Shown one piece after another: positions 1 to 9,877 of a stretch of 64,000 nt of DNA. This DNA comes from an uncultured Clostridia bacterium (GTDB lineage Bacteria > Bacillota > Clostridia > Christensenellales > UBA1242), in assembly GCA_944384405.1 (NCBI GenBank), contig CALWTH010000015.1, positions 90 to 64,089 on the forward strand, written 5' to 3'. Numbering within the stretch: position 1 is the first letter of the stretch; each line of letters begins with the position of its first letter. The position numbers and the translations under genes are program-made. The notes below the pieces were generated by a model. That model had not been told where the DNA came from, ran no database searches, and was given only the letters and a program-made list of their open reading frames with translations.

Positions 1-67
1 TATTAATTTTTTGTCCAACTTTTGGGGTGCACCCCATACAAGGTTGATTTTATTTACAATTTATTCA

Positions 68-1264
68 TTATTCTTGTTCATTATCTTGCTGCAATTTTTT
101 TTGTCTGTGTTTTTCTTCGCGCTGTTTTCTTTCAATAATTGCCTCACGTTCATTTTTAATTTGCTTTGCCACCACAAGTCCGAATATAATATTTCCAATC
201 AAAGAAATGATAATAATCTTTTTTGCTTCTTTGTTGCCCTCATTAAACATACTTTCATCGTCTAATTCTGCTTGTTTTTGCATCTCATATGCAGTCCAAA
301 CACAAAATATTGTCATTATTAAAGGAATAAGACAAAATAGTCCCCAAAGTGTTCCGAGAGGATTTCTTGTTACAGTGCCAAGTATTATTAAAATCAAAAG
401 TCCTTGCATACAGCAAAGTGATTTTGTCGCAAAAGAGTACAAGTCAAAAAATTCATTTCTGTGTCTGTATTCAAGCGTTACTGGATCATGTGTAACTTTT
501 TTATAAATGAAAGTAACAATATAGTAGCAAATAAAGCAAATAATTAAAAATGAAGGAATTGTTATAAGTAAAAACCATGGAAAATTGATTCTTGCGCCAA
601 GCAAGGCAAGGGAAGATGAGTAAGTCATTTCAGCGATGTTGCCACTTCTTGTGACTATTGAAAGTGTCATACATAAACTTGCCATCATGGTGTAACCAGA
701 AATTGCTAGCCAAAATTTTGAAAGGCTTGGTTTAAGTTCGCCAATTTTAATAAAATAAATTGGCACATAAAAGGTGAGAACTGTAAAAATGATTGAAATA
801 ATATTTAAAATGTGATAAGCACTGTCAACTGCGTTTATAATAAGATCAGCCCTAAATAATTGGATAACGACAAAAGGAAGTCCAATTCCAAGAAGCGTGT
901 GCTTACAAAAATCTAAAAAGGCATTGTCTTTTTTTGAAAAAGCACTGACATAAAGGCAAACCATTGCGATTATCATCAAAAGTGTTGTGATTGCATAATT
1001 TGAGTTTAAGCCTAGTGAAAGTAAAAATGAAGAAAATGAATATGTGTTATTAAGATTTAAAAGTCTTACTGTCCAAAATACAAATCTAAACAATAATAGA
1101 AAGGCAATGACGCTTGCAAGCACAATTTTTGTAATCTTTTTTGATTTGTCTGATTTGCCATAGATAGCAAAGAAAAGTCCCACTGTGACGGCGACAATTG
1201 CTATTGGTAATAAAATTCTTAGTAGTGTTGAAATTGGTGTGTTTGAATATTCTAAATTAAACAT
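68..1264 (-). CDS. polytopic integral membrane protein, function unknown (Lys/Glu-rich C-terminal tail)
   Basis: ORF 68..1306 with about 10 hydrophobic segments. Start trimmed to Met15 (MFNLEYS, ATG at 1264) because AAGGA lies about 10 nt upstream, whereas the first ATG sits inside a TATAAT-like box. No family recognised. Confidence 0.5.
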   Translation of the reverse strand: MFNLEYSNTPISTLLRILLPIAIVAVTVGLFFAIYGKSDKSKKITKIVLASVIAFLLLFRFVFWTVRLLNLNNTYSFSSFLLSLGLNSNYAITTLLMIIAMVCLYVSAFSKKDNAFLDFCKHTLLGIGLPFVVIQLFRADLIINAVDSAYHILNIISIIFTVLTFYVPIYFIKIGELKPSLSKFWLAISGYTMMASLCMTLSIVTRSGNIAEMTYSSSLALLGARINFPWFLLITIPSFLIICFICYYIVTFIYKKVTHDPVTLEYRHRNEFFDLYSFATKSLCCMQGLLILIILGTVTRNPLGTLWGLFCLIPLIMTIFCVWTAYEMQKQAELDDESMFNEGNKEAKKIIIISLIGNIIFGLVVAKQIKNEREAIIERKQREEKHRQKKLQQDNEQE

Positions 1265-1330
1265 AAAAAAAATCCTTAAAACTGGTATCTTAATTAGATT
1301 ATACACAATTTTAAAGATTTATCAAACATT

Positions 1331-3415
1331 TTAATAAGTTTTAGAATTATCAAGTTTATTTTCGCGTTCAAAATCGCAAGTCGCCGTTATTTCTCGTTTT
1401 GTTCTGTCTGCTTTTTTGATAACTATTGGAATATTATCTGTTATTTTAAGTTTTGTTCCATCGTATCTTACAAGCTCTTGCTTTTTAACATCACATTTAT
1501 ATCCCATTCTATTAAATTCATGCATTGGTATATTGAACATAATCAAGTCGCATTTAACAACAACTTTTGTTGGTTCTATATCAAATATTTTTGCTTCAAA
1601 CTTTTCTCCTATGTGATTTTCAGCCCAAATAGCATTCATTAGGTTGTTGCTTTCGATTTCAGCATCTTTTGCATCAAGTTCTTTTTTGCTTAGGTGAAGT
1701 CCCATAACTTCAAGTTGTTCAATTGAAGGTATATAATTTTTATTGGTTAAATAACTGTAAAGTATTCTGTGTGCGACAAGGTCAGGATATCTTCTGATTG
1801 GTGAAGTGAATTGAATATAGTCTTTGCTTGCAAGTCCAAAATGTCCGACCATTTCTGGTGAATAAAACGCCTTTTGTAAACTTTTTAATAATTTGTATGT
1901 TACATATTCTTCATAATTTTTGTTTTTTATTACATCAATTAAATGATGATAACTATTTACATCTTTTGTAACAAGAGGCAAGTCAAATTGCTTTAATACT
2001 TGATTTAGTTCGTCAATTTGAAAATCGTTTGGGGCATAGTGAACTCTTCGTAAAGTTAGTAAATCATTATTTTTGAAATAATCGCCAATTGCTTCATTCA
2101 TTGCGAGCATAAACGCTTCGATTATTTTTGTTGAAATAAGAGAAGAATGATTTTCAATATTTTCAACATTTGTCTTTGTTTCATCTAAATCATAGTCAGG
2201 TTCTTGTGTGTTGACCATTATTGCTCCACGTTTGTTTCGTTCCATAGTCAACAGGTCAGCAAGTTCAAACATTAAGTTAATTTCTTTATTGATGTCAGCA
2301 AATTTATTATGCATATCATTTTGCTTTAAATATATTTGATCAACAACATTATAACTTAATTTGTGTTTGCTATTTATCACTGCTGGCTTAATCGAATATC
2401 TAAGTCTGTTACCATTATTATCAAAATCAATTGCAACAGTAATGGCGAGCCTATCAACTTTTTCATTCAAAGAGCAAATACCATTTGAAAGTTTTTCTGG
2501 GAGCATAGGATAAACTCCATCTCCAAGATAGCAACTTGTTCCACGTTTGTATGCCTCTTTGTCAAGCTCGCTTCCAATTTTGACATAGTGTCCCACATCT
2601 GCGATTGCTCCAACAAGGCGATAGCCATTGTCTGTTTTTTCAACATAAACAGCATCGTCCATATCTTTGCAAGTTATTGGATCAATTGTTACGATATTTA
2701 GTTTTCTTAAGTCGACTCTGCCAACAATATCATTTTCCTCAACATTTTCAGGTATTTGTTCAAGTTCTTTTTCAATTTTGCTGTTAAAATGTTTTTTAAA
2801 GCCATGTTTTTCTGCAATTACAACATTTTCAACAATAGGATCATCTGCGTTTCCATAAACTTTAACAATAGACGCAAGGGGTATTTGACCTTTTCTTTCT
2901 TGTTCAATTTTAACGCTTACTTTTTTGCCAACTAGATTTGTTGTTGCCTCATCATTTGGAAGTAAAAATTTGTTGTTGTCATCATCAATAAGAACAATTG
3001 CATTTGATTTAAGTTTGACAACTCTACCAAATATGACTTCGTCTTGCTTTTGTAAAATTTTATTAACAATAGCAATTCTGTTTGAACCATCGTTGACTAT
3101 ATATGCACTTACTTCGTCTCCATCTTGTGCTCCATTAACATTGGAAATTTTAATAAACTCTTGTGGGTTGGAAATTTCTATATAAAATTTATTTTTGTTG
3201 CCATGTATTTTTCCTGCAACCGGCTGTAAAGCGCATATGTATTTTTTGTTTTTCAGTTTTATGATTTTTTCTTGATAAAGTTTTGATAAACAAAGTGATA
3301 GCATTTTGTCACTTATTTTAATTTCTTTTGTTATTCTGTTAAAAGCAGTATTATAATTTTTGCCAAAAAGATTATTCACAACGAGTTGTTCGAATACTTT
3401 ATTTTTTAATTCCAT
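1331..3415 (-). CDS. rnr: ribonuclease R (RNB-family 3'-5' exoribonuclease)
   Basis: 694 aa with RNB signature HFGLASKDYIQFTSPIRRYPDLVAHR. AGGAAGG RBS before the ATG at 3415. Confidence 0.9.
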   Translation of the reverse strand: MELKNKVFEQLVVNNLFGKNYNTAFNRITKEIKISDKMLSLCLSKLYQEKIIKLKNKKYICALQPVAGKIHGNKNKFYIEISNPQEFIKISNVNGAQDGDEVSAYIVNDGSNRIAIVNKILQKQDEVIFGRVVKLKSNAIVLIDDDNNKFLLPNDEATTNLVGKKVSVKIEQERKGQIPLASIVKVYGNADDPIVENVVIAEKHGFKKHFNSKIEKELEQIPENVEENDIVGRVDLRKLNIVTIDPITCKDMDDAVYVEKTDNGYRLVGAIADVGHYVKIGSELDKEAYKRGTSCYLGDGVYPMLPEKLSNGICSLNEKVDRLAITVAIDFDNNGNRLRYSIKPAVINSKHKLSYNVVDQIYLKQNDMHNKFADINKEINLMFELADLLTMERNKRGAIMVNTQEPDYDLDETKTNVENIENHSSLISTKIIEAFMLAMNEAIGDYFKNNDLLTLRRVHYAPNDFQIDELNQVLKQFDLPLVTKDVNSYHHLIDVIKNKNYEEYVTYKLLKSLQKAFYSPEMVGHFGLASKDYIQFTSPIRRYPDLVAHRILYSYLTNKNYIPSIEQLEVMGLHLSKKELDAKDAEIESNNLMNAIWAENHIGEKFEAKIFDIEPTKVVVKCDLIMFNIPMHEFNRMGYKCDVKKQELVRYDGTKLKITDNIPIVIKKADRTKREITATCDFERENKLDNSKTY

Positions 3416-3473
3416 GGCAACCTTCCTTACCTAAGAATATCATATTATGAGCATATTTGCAAGTGTCGATTTG

Positions 3474-4031
3474 TTAATCTCTTTTTTCAAGCATACTAAA
3501 ATTCTCATGACTTAAATATGCAATAAAACGTTGTTGTGTGTTGTCAATGTTGCCTTTGTAAAAAAATTTCGCTTTTTGTTTGCCTTTGTTTTCTTCCAGA
3601 TTTTCAAATGTTATGTCATAGAAATTATATCCCAAGATATTCAAAAAAGGATTTATATAGAAAAGATCATTTTTTACATAAACAATACCAATTAAAATTA
3701 TAACGAGCACAAAAACAACAAACATACTTACTTTTTCAAGTTCAAAACTTAAAGCAAAAAGAACAAACAATGAAAAATAGCCTAGAAAGTATTTTTCAGT
3801 GATATTTGTTGCGTTTACTATTTTTATTAAAGATTTTGGTGTGCTTTCATGTTTTATTGACATTTTTGCCCCGTATACTCCAAGAATTATTAAAAATGAA
3901 AACGATATTATTGTAAATGTATTTAAAAAATTGAATGTAAGGTTGAAAAAAATAATGTCAATTAAAATTTTGATAATGACGAGTACATAAAGTGGCACAA
4001 ACGCACTAAGATATAATAATATTTTTTTCAT
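3474..4031 (-). CDS. small multi-pass membrane protein, unknown function
   Basis: 185 aa with four to five hydrophobic helices. No recognisable motif and a weak RBS. Confidence 0.4.
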   Translation of the reverse strand: MKKILLYLSAFVPLYVLVIIKILIDIIFFNLTFNFLNTFTIISFSFLIILGVYGAKMSIKHESTPKSLIKIVNATNITEKYFLGYFSLFVLFALSFELEKVSMFVVFVLVIILIGIVYVKNDLFYINPFLNILGYNFYDITFENLEENKGKQKAKFFYKGNIDNTQQRFIAYLSHENFSMLEKRD

Positions 4032-4068
4032 ATATGTTTATAATGTGTAAATTATAAAATTATAACCA

Positions 4069-4096
4069 TTGACAATTTTTAACGATATGTTAAACT
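4069..4096 (+). promoter_or_regulatory. putative sigma-70-type promoter of the antitoxin-fic operon
   Basis: TTGACA (4069..4074), 16-nt spacer, TAAACT (4091..4096), about 20 nt upstream of the small ORF. Confidence 0.3.
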
Positions 4097-4114
4097 TATA
4101 AAAAAGGGGTAGGA

Positions 4115-4291
4115 ATGAATAACGATTTGTCTTATAGTCAAAAGAAAAATATCAAAAAAGTGATTGATATATGGAAAGTTCAAGGTCATGATTTGTCTAA
4201 AGAAGATGAGAATATGTTAAAAAATGTTGTTTTATCTAAAAGCGCAGATTCACAAATTAAAAACATTTTAAAAAATGAGGAAAGAAAATGA
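4115..4291 (+). CDS. VbhA-type Fic antitoxin (58 aa, not in the supplied ORF track)
   Basis: My translation: MNNDLSYSQKKNIKKVIDIWKVQGHDLSKEDENMLKNVVLSKSADSQIKNILKNEERK. SKEDEN matches the Fic-inhibitory motif [S/T]xxxE[G/N]. GGGGTAGG RBS upstream. Its stop overlaps the fic start (ATGA at 4288..4291). Confidence 0.7.
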   Translation: MNNDLSYSQKKNIKKVIDIWKVQGHDLSKEDENMLKNVVLSKSADSQIKNILKNEERK

Positions 4292-5205
4292 TTTTAAAAT
4301 ATGATTTAGTACGCGATGAAGAAAAAGGCAAATTGCCTTATCTTGACAACATGCTTAATATAATTGATGAAAAAGAGTGTGAGAAAGTTGAAAGAAAATT
4401 ATCCGCATGTCGTGCAGTTGAACTTTTGGAAAGTAAAAAACTTCAAAAATTGCCTCTTGATGAAAAAACACTCAAATATATTCATAAAACTCTTTTTCAG
4501 GATATTTACCCATGGGCAGGCACATTTAGATCTTGTAACATAACAAAGGGCAGTAGCACGTTTTTTAATGTTGATTTTTTAGATTATGGCTTAAAAGAAT
4601 TTTTTTGCAATTTGCAAAAAGATGATTTTCTGCAAGGATTAACAAGAACAGAGTTTGTAGACTTGTTTAGTTATTATTCTAACGAATTAAATTTCTTGCA
4701 TCCATTTAGAGAGGGTAATGGTAGGACAAAAAAAATATTTATGTCAGAACTTGCCAAAAGGGCGGGATTTGAAGTTGATTACAGTAAAATAACACATAGC
4801 CAACTTCGAAGTGCGGAAATTGCCGCTTTTGGCGTCTATAACGATGACGGGACAATTATGCGTTCAATGTATCAACTCAAAAAAATTTATAATGATAATA
4901 TCGTAAGTATAAAAGATATTTCAGCACCGCAAACAAAAACAATTGAAGAATTAATCAATCGTCTATTGTGGATATATGATAGAGAAAGTCAAGTAAATTG
5001 GATGTCGAACCACGCTAGCAAACTTGATGGGGAAAAAGATGTTAAGAGTTTATTGCAAACAAAAGATGGAAGGGAAAAACTTAAAACATATCTAGGTTGT
5101 GCTAAAAGTGGTGTGAAACCTCAAAAGGTTGTAAATTTAATTGATGAAATTATTTTAAAATTAAATTGTATAGAAAAGCCAAAAAGCCAAGATTTAGAAT
5201 ATTAA
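4288..5205 (+). CDS. fic: Fic-domain protein (putative AMP-transferase toxin, class I)
   Basis: 305 aa with active-site loop HPFREGNGRTKK (canonical HxFx[D/E]GNGRxxR, final Arg replaced by Lys). Translationally coupled to the upstream antitoxin ORF. Confidence 0.85.
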   Translation: MILKYDLVRDEEKGKLPYLDNMLNIIDEKECEKVERKLSACRAVELLESKKLQKLPLDEKTLKYIHKTLFQDIYPWAGTFRSCNITKGSSTFFNVDFLDYGLKEFFCNLQKDDFLQGLTRTEFVDLFSYYSNELNFLHPFREGNGRTKKIFMSELAKRAGFEVDYSKITHSQLRSAEIAAFGVYNDDGTIMRSMYQLKKIYNDNIVSIKDISAPQTKTIEELINRLLWIYDRESQVNWMSNHASKLDGEKDVKSLLQTKDGREKLKTYLGCAKSGVKPQKVVNLIDEIILKLNCIEKPKSQDLEY

Positions 5206-5213
5206 ATAAAAAA

Positions 5214-5258
5214 ATAAGGTAAATTTGTGATTTTTTCAAATTTTACCTTATTTTTTTG
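5214..5258. terminator. bidirectional rho-independent terminator between fic and the DUF378 gene
   Basis: ATAAGGTAAATTTG / CAAATTTTACCTTAT stem (one bulge), flanked by an A-run and a T-run. Confidence 0.6.
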
Positions 5259-5264
5259 TGTTTT

Positions 5265-5483
5265 TTACAAACTTCTGAACAAAATGTAGCCACCACTGTA
5301 TATGATTGAAAATATAAGCCAAAGCATTGAAATAAACACCAAAATATAAATTATGCTGCTTCCAATATTTCTTTCGGAACCAAAAATAGCACTGACCAGG
5401 TTAAAATCAAATAGTCCAATAAGCCCCCAGTTTAGTCCTCCAATTGCCAAAAGAATAAAGGCTATGTAATTTACTACTATCAT
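5265..5483 (-). CDS. DUF378-family small membrane protein
   Basis: Characteristic GGLNWGLIGLFDFNLV motif. Start trimmed to MIVVNY (ATG at 5483), which is preceded by GGAGAG; the 33-codon N-terminal extension of the ORF track has no RBS. Confidence 0.7.
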   Translation of the reverse strand: MIVVNYIAFILLAIGGLNWGLIGLFDFNLVSAIFGSERNIGSSIIYILVFISMLWLIFSIIYSGGYILFRSL

Positions 5484-5541
5484 ATTTTTCTCTCCTTTCT
5501 TTTTTATTGTGTGAGAAATTTTTTCTAATATACATTTTTTA

Positions 5542-5570
5542 TTGACAATTATTATTTGTAGATTTATAAT
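5542..5570 (+). promoter_or_regulatory. consensus sigma-70 promoter of the arsR-family gene
   Basis: TTGACA (5542..5547), 17 nt, TATAAT (5565..5570). Confidence 0.6.
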
Positions 5571-5573
5571 ATG

Positions 5574-5591
5574 ATTGAACATTTATTCAAT
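5574..5591 (+). promoter_or_regulatory. candidate ArsR/SmtB operator (inverted repeat)
   Basis: ATTGAACATTTATTCAAT, a TGAA..TTCA-type palindrome immediately after the -10 box, as in known ArsR/SmtB (CzrA-type) operators. Confidence 0.4.
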
Positions 5592-5603
5592 TAAGGAGAA
5601 TAT

Positions 5604-5966
5604 ATGGGTAAAGTAGAAAAAACTTGTGATTGTCGAATATTGCATGCTGATGTCGTCAAGATGTTTAAAAAGGGATTAAGTCAAAATCCACTTTTATTAA
5701 AACTTGCAGACTTTTTTCATATACTTAGTGATAACACAAGAATTGGCATTTTAAGTGTTTTAGACCAAAATGAAATTTGCGTTAGTGACCTGTCGTCAAT
5801 TTTGAACATGACAAAAAGTGCGGTATCACACCAGCTTAAAGTTTTAAAAGATGCCGGATTTATTAAATGTGAAAAAAGGGGAAAAGAAATATTTTATTCA
5901 TATGCTAGTGATGACATAAGGGAAATTTTTGAAATTGCCTTAAATCACATAAGTCAACATTTGTAA
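5604..5966 (+). CDS. ArsR/SmtB-family metal-responsive transcriptional repressor
   Basis: 120 aa with winged-HTH signature LSDNTRIGILSVL...ICVSDLSSILNMTKSAVSHQLKVLKDAGFI and an N-terminal CDC pair. AAGGAG RBS. Confidence 0.8.
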   Translation: MGKVEKTCDCRILHADVVKMFKKGLSQNPLLLKLADFFHILSDNTRIGILSVLDQNEICVSDLSSILNMTKSAVSHQLKVLKDAGFIKCEKRGKEIFYSYASDDIREIFEIALNHISQHL

Positions 5967-6014
5967 TATTGACTTAGATGTTGATTTGTGATAATATAAC
6001 CACAAGGGGAATTT

Positions 6015-6239
6015 ATGGAAAAATTTTTTAATGATATTGTTACTGGTATTGCGCAAATGAATAGTGCTTTAAAAATTTCCATTGTTGCTTTGCTTGCAAT
6101 AATTGATATTTTACTTTTAATTGCGTTTGTAAAAAATATTTCAAATAAAAGTAATAAACCTAAAATAAAAGTAGTAAATGTTTTGCTTTTTATAATAATT
6201 TCAGGTATTATATTACTGTTTAGCATATATGGATTTTAA
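6015..6239 (+). CDS. small two-TM membrane protein, unknown function
   Basis: 74 aa with two hydrophobic helices separated by a Lys-rich loop. AGGGG RBS. Confidence 0.4.
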   Translation: MEKFFNDIVTGIAQMNSALKISIVALLAIIDILLLIAFVKNISNKSNKPKIKVVNVLLFIIISGIILLFSIYGF

Positions 6240-6251
6240 AAAGGAGAAAAA

Positions 6252-6569
6252 ATGAAATACTTATCACAAATTTTAGCATCGCTAGCACCGGACTGGGTTA
6301 TCTCATCTTTTCCGATTATAAGAATTGTGTTAATTTGTATAGCAGTTCTTTGTTCAATCATGATGATAATCACAACGCTTTTGCAGTCAAATTCAAATGA
6401 AGATGGAAGTAACGCCCTTAGTGGCAGTGTTGGTCAAGAAAGTTATTATGCACAAAACAAAGGTGAGTCAAGAAATGTTCGTCTTTCTCGTGCAACAATT
6501 GCGCTTATGTCAATCATAGCAATTTGCGTTGTTTTGTATTTTGTAAGTCTGATAATATATCAAGGCTAA
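6252..6569 (+). CDS. secG: SecG-like preprotein translocase subunit
   Basis: Two TM helices with the SecG-like central pattern TLLQS...LSGS.G...K......L.R.T. AAGGAG RBS. It is longer at the N-terminus than B. subtilis SecG, as I recall that sequence. Confidence 0.55.
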   Translation: MKYLSQILASLAPDWVISSFPIIRIVLICIAVLCSIMMIITTLLQSNSNEDGSNALSGSVGQESYYAQNKGESRNVRLSRATIALMSIIAICVVLYFVSLIIYQG

Positions 6570-6650
6570 TTGAAAGTGAATATGTAAGTATATATTCAGT
6601 TTTTAAACAAATATAACAAGTTGTTCAAAAACAAATTTACTATTGCAAGT

Positions 6651-6697
6651 GCCCAAAAGTAGAAGTTTAGTTATCTAAATGACTTTTGGGCGTTTTA
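6651..6697 (+). terminator. rho-independent terminator after the secG-like gene
   Basis: GCCCAAAAGT (6651..6660) pairs with ACTTTTGGGC (6682..6691), with an inner TTTAG/CTAAA helix, followed by GTTTTAT. Confidence 0.55.
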
Positions 6698-6751
6698 TAG
6701 TTATAATAATAATTGTTGAAACAAAATTGTCTTAGATTATTGGAGGCTATT

Positions 6752-8392
6752 ATGAAAAATGTTTTTATTGGCGGTGCTTGGCCCTATGCAAATAATTCAA
6801 TGCACATAGGACACTTGGCGGCACTTTTGCCGGGTGACGTTTTGGCACGATTTTTTAGGATGTGTGGCAAAAATGTTATCTATGTATCTGGTTCTGATTG
6901 TCATGGAACACCAATAACACAAAGAGCACAAACTTTGGGTATTTCTCCAAGTGAAATAGCAACACACTATCATGAAGAGTTTGCAAAAAATTTCACTGAT
7001 CTTGGATTTACCTATGATGTTTACTCAAATACCATGACTGACCAACATAAACAAAATGTACAAAATATTTTGAAAATAATTAATCAAAAAGGTTATTTGT
7101 TTGAAAAAACTGAACTTAATGATTATTGTCCAACATGTAAAAAATTTGTTGTGGATAGGGAAATTAAAGGAATATGTCCAGTTTGTGGCAGTGTTGCAAA
7201 TGGTGACCAGTGTGACAAGTGCTTGACTGCTCTTTCTCCACAAATGCTTAAAGAAAAAACTTGCAAAATTTGTGGAACAAAAACAATTTTGAAAGAAGAC
7301 ACTAACCTTTATTTCAAGTTATCTGCTTTTGAAGATGTTATTTCAAAATATCTTGATGCAAATAAAAAGTCTTGGCGACCAACAGCAATAAACGAAACAC
7401 AAAAATATCTTAATCAAGGGCTTGTTGATAGAGCAATAACTCGTGCACTAAATTGGGGTATTGAACTTCCTTTTGAAGGTTACTCAGATAAGCGTGTCTA
7501 TGTTTGGATTGATGCTGTGCTTGGTTATTTGACGACATGTGAAATGGCGTGCAAACAAAAAGGCTTAAATTACCCTGACTTTTTAATGTCAAAAGATACA
7601 GTGTCTTATTATGTTCATGGCAAAGATAACATTGTTTTTCATACCATTATTTTGCCAGCACTACTTGACTCAATTGACAAAAAGTTAAACAAACCACAAA
7701 TGATTGTCTCTTGTGAATATGTCAACTTAAATAATGATAAAATGAGCAAAAGCAAAGGCAATTTAATCACAGTGAACACACTGATTGAAAATTTTGACTC
7801 TGATAGTATAAGATATTTCTTTATATTAAATAACCCAGAAAGAAAAGATTGCTCTTTTAGTTTGGAAGACTTTGTTCTTATTCACAATAAGCACATAGTA
7901 GGGGGCTTTGGAAATTTTGCAAATCGTAATCTTGCCTTTTTAGAGAAAAAATTTGAAGGAAAACTTCCAAAAGTTGATGTTGACGATGAAATAAAGAAAT
8001 ATGTTCAAAGCACATATGATGAAATTGGCAAACTTTTTGAAGCAGGTGAACTCAAGACTGCTTGCACAAAACTTTATGATTATATACAGTTTGCAAATAA
8101 ATATTATGACACAAATACACCTTGGACTTTTGCAAAAACTGATTTGGATAAATTCAACAAAATCACATCAAACTGTCTTTATCTAATGGCAAATATGGCG
8201 AATTTGTATAGTCCAATCATTCCAAAAGGTTGCAAAAAATTAAAAGATTTGCTTGGTGTAGTAGATGACAAGTGGAAACCTGTTTGCTATGATGAAAAAA
8301 TTGTTCTTCATGATGTTGGGGTCCTTTATCAAAGACTTAAACTGGAAGATGTTGATATGACGAAAGGCACTAATGACACTTTAAAAGTTTAA
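6752..8392 (+). CDS. metG: methionyl-tRNA synthetase
   Basis: HIGH motif (MHIGH), KMSKS motif and zinc knuckles CPTC...CPVC...CDKC. Start set to MKNVFIGGAWPY (ATG 6752) after TGGAGG. Confidence 0.9.
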   Translation: MKNVFIGGAWPYANNSMHIGHLAALLPGDVLARFFRMCGKNVIYVSGSDCHGTPITQRAQTLGISPSEIATHYHEEFAKNFTDLGFTYDVYSNTMTDQHKQNVQNILKIINQKGYLFEKTELNDYCPTCKKFVVDREIKGICPVCGSVANGDQCDKCLTALSPQMLKEKTCKICGTKTILKEDTNLYFKLSAFEDVISKYLDANKKSWRPTAINETQKYLNQGLVDRAITRALNWGIELPFEGYSDKRVYVWIDAVLGYLTTCEMACKQKGLNYPDFLMSKDTVSYYVHGKDNIVFHTIILPALLDSIDKKLNKPQMIVSCEYVNLNNDKMSKSKGNLITVNTLIENFDSDSIRYFFILNNPERKDCSFSLEDFVLIHNKHIVGGFGNFANRNLAFLEKKFEGKLPKVDVDDEIKKYVQSTYDEIGKLFEAGELKTACTKLYDYIQFANKYYDTNTPWTFAKTDLDKFNKITSNCLYLMANMANLYSPIIPKGCKKLKDLLGVVDDKWKPVCYDEKIVLHDVGVLYQRLKLEDVDMTKGTNDTLKV

Positions 8393-8400
8393 TTGAATAC

Positions 8401-8441
8401 AAAATACACCATTAATGGGAAACCTAAAAGGTGTATTTTTT
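8401..8441 (+). terminator. rho-independent terminator after metG
   Basis: AAAATACACC / GGTGTATTTT stem followed by a T-run. Confidence 0.55.
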
Positions 8442-8490
8442 ATACGTAAATTCATTGTAAGTTAATGTTGGTTGTGGTATTATTACATGT

Positions 8491-9729
8491 ATGATTACAA
8501 ATATATTAAGATATGGAAATAATGGTGAAGGCATCGCTTTAAATAACGGCAAGGTGATATTTGTCAAAGACGCACTTATGGGCGAAAAAGTTGATATAAA
8601 AATAACAAAACAGTCAAATAACCTTGATTATGCCGAAGTGACAAATATCATAACTTCAAGTCCAAATAGGATTATTCCAGCATGTCCATATTATGATGTT
8701 TGTGGTGGTTGCCAGTTGCAGCACGCAAATTATGAAGAACAACTAAAAATAAAACGAATAAAAATTAACGGAAATTTAAAAAAATATGCTAATTTTGATG
8801 CAAATGTTGAAATAGTGGCAAGCAAACATGAGTTTAATTATAGAAATCATATGCGCTTTGCTGTCACAAATGGTACTCTTGGCTTGCATAAAAACAAAAG
8901 TTCAAATTGCGTTGATGTTGATTATTGCTTAATAGCAAGTGATGAGATAAATTTTTGTGTAGAGGCAATAAATAACTTTTTAAAAGTATCAAAAATAAAT
9001 ATAAGTGAAGTTGATATCAAAGCCATAAAAAATCAAGTGCTCATAACATTTATTGCTGAAAAAAATGCAAATATTGATGTCAATATACTTAAACAATTTT
9101 TATCACCATATTCAAGTTATGGATTTTATTTTTACAATAAAAACAATAAACAATTAAAACACATATATGGAATAAAAAAAATTGAATATTATGACGACAT
9201 CAAATGTTATGTTAGACCACTAAGTTTTTTGCAAGTAAATGACCAAGTTGCCCATGAAATGTATGATTATGTTTGCGGACTTGTCAAAGATGAAGTGGTT
9301 GTTGATGCATATTGTGGAAGAGGGATTTTAACTAGCAAACTTGCAAAAAATGCTAAAAAAGTATATGGAATTGAAATTGAAAAGTCCTCTATTGATGATG
9401 CCGTTGACATTAAGACAATAAACAATATACAAAATGTAACATTCATATTGGGCGATACTAAAAAAGAGTTGCCAAAAATTACCCAAAAAGTTGATACTAT
9501 TGTTCTTGATCCGCCTAGAGCAGGTGCAAAACAAATCATGCAAACAGTTGCTGACATTGGTGCAAATAAATTGATTTACATTTCTTGCGCTTCAAACACA
9601 TTAGCAAGAGATTTGAAAATGATTTTGAATAAATATTCAATTAAGATTGTCAAAGCGTTTGATATGTTCCCTCAAACAGACGAAGTTGAAACAGTTGTTT
9701 TATTGGAGAAAATAAATGAAAAACACTAA
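8491..9729 (+). CDS. rlmD: RumA/TrmA-family RNA (uracil-C5)-methyltransferase
   Basis: TRAM-like N-terminus, Fe-S cysteines CPYYDVCGGCQLQH and SAM-MTase motif LDPPRAGA. Confidence 0.8.
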   Translation: MITNILRYGNNGEGIALNNGKVIFVKDALMGEKVDIKITKQSNNLDYAEVTNIITSSPNRIIPACPYYDVCGGCQLQHANYEEQLKIKRIKINGNLKKYANFDANVEIVASKHEFNYRNHMRFAVTNGTLGLHKNKSSNCVDVDYCLIASDEINFCVEAINNFLKVSKINISEVDIKAIKNQVLITFIAEKNANIDVNILKQFLSPYSSYGFYFYNKNNKQLKHIYGIKKIEYYDDIKCYVRPLSFLQVNDQVAHEMYDYVCGLVKDEVVVDAYCGRGILTSKLAKNAKKVYGIEIEKSSIDDAVDIKTINNIQNVTFILGDTKKELPKITQKVDTIVLDPPRAGAKQIMQTVADIGANKLIYISCASNTLARDLKMILNKYSIKIVKAFDMFPQTDEVETVVLLEKINEKH

Positions 9730-9877
9730 AAATAACAAAAAAATAAATCAAAAATTCAAACAATCATATTTTAATTACTATGATGATATTAAGGACACGA
9801 CGAAGTATAGTCGAGAAGATTGGTAAATAATTATAAATAATTATGCATAAATATTCATTTTGTGAATGGAGTTAAGT

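Noticed and set aside
5484-5582. 33-codon N-terminal extension of the DUF378 ORF
   Set aside because: It has no RBS, it runs through the divergent arsR promoter, and DUF378 proteins are ~70 aa. The internal ATG at 5483 has a GGAGAG RBS.
6570-6751. Possible T-box leader upstream of metG (also considered upstream of trpS at 14525..14579)
   Set aside because: I found no T-box consensus (AATTAGGGTGGTACCGCG-like) and no specifier-loop architecture. The metG region holds only one terminator-like hairpin plausibly belonging to the secG-like gene, and the trpS leader is only ~55 nt.
9716-9826. 36-codon ORF (MKNTKNNKKINQKFKQSYFNYYDDIKDTTKYSREDW) with GGAGAA upstream, overlapping the end of the rlmD-like gene
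   Set aside because: It is too short and too low in complexity to support without conservation or ribosome-profiling data. It is recorded only as a possibility.
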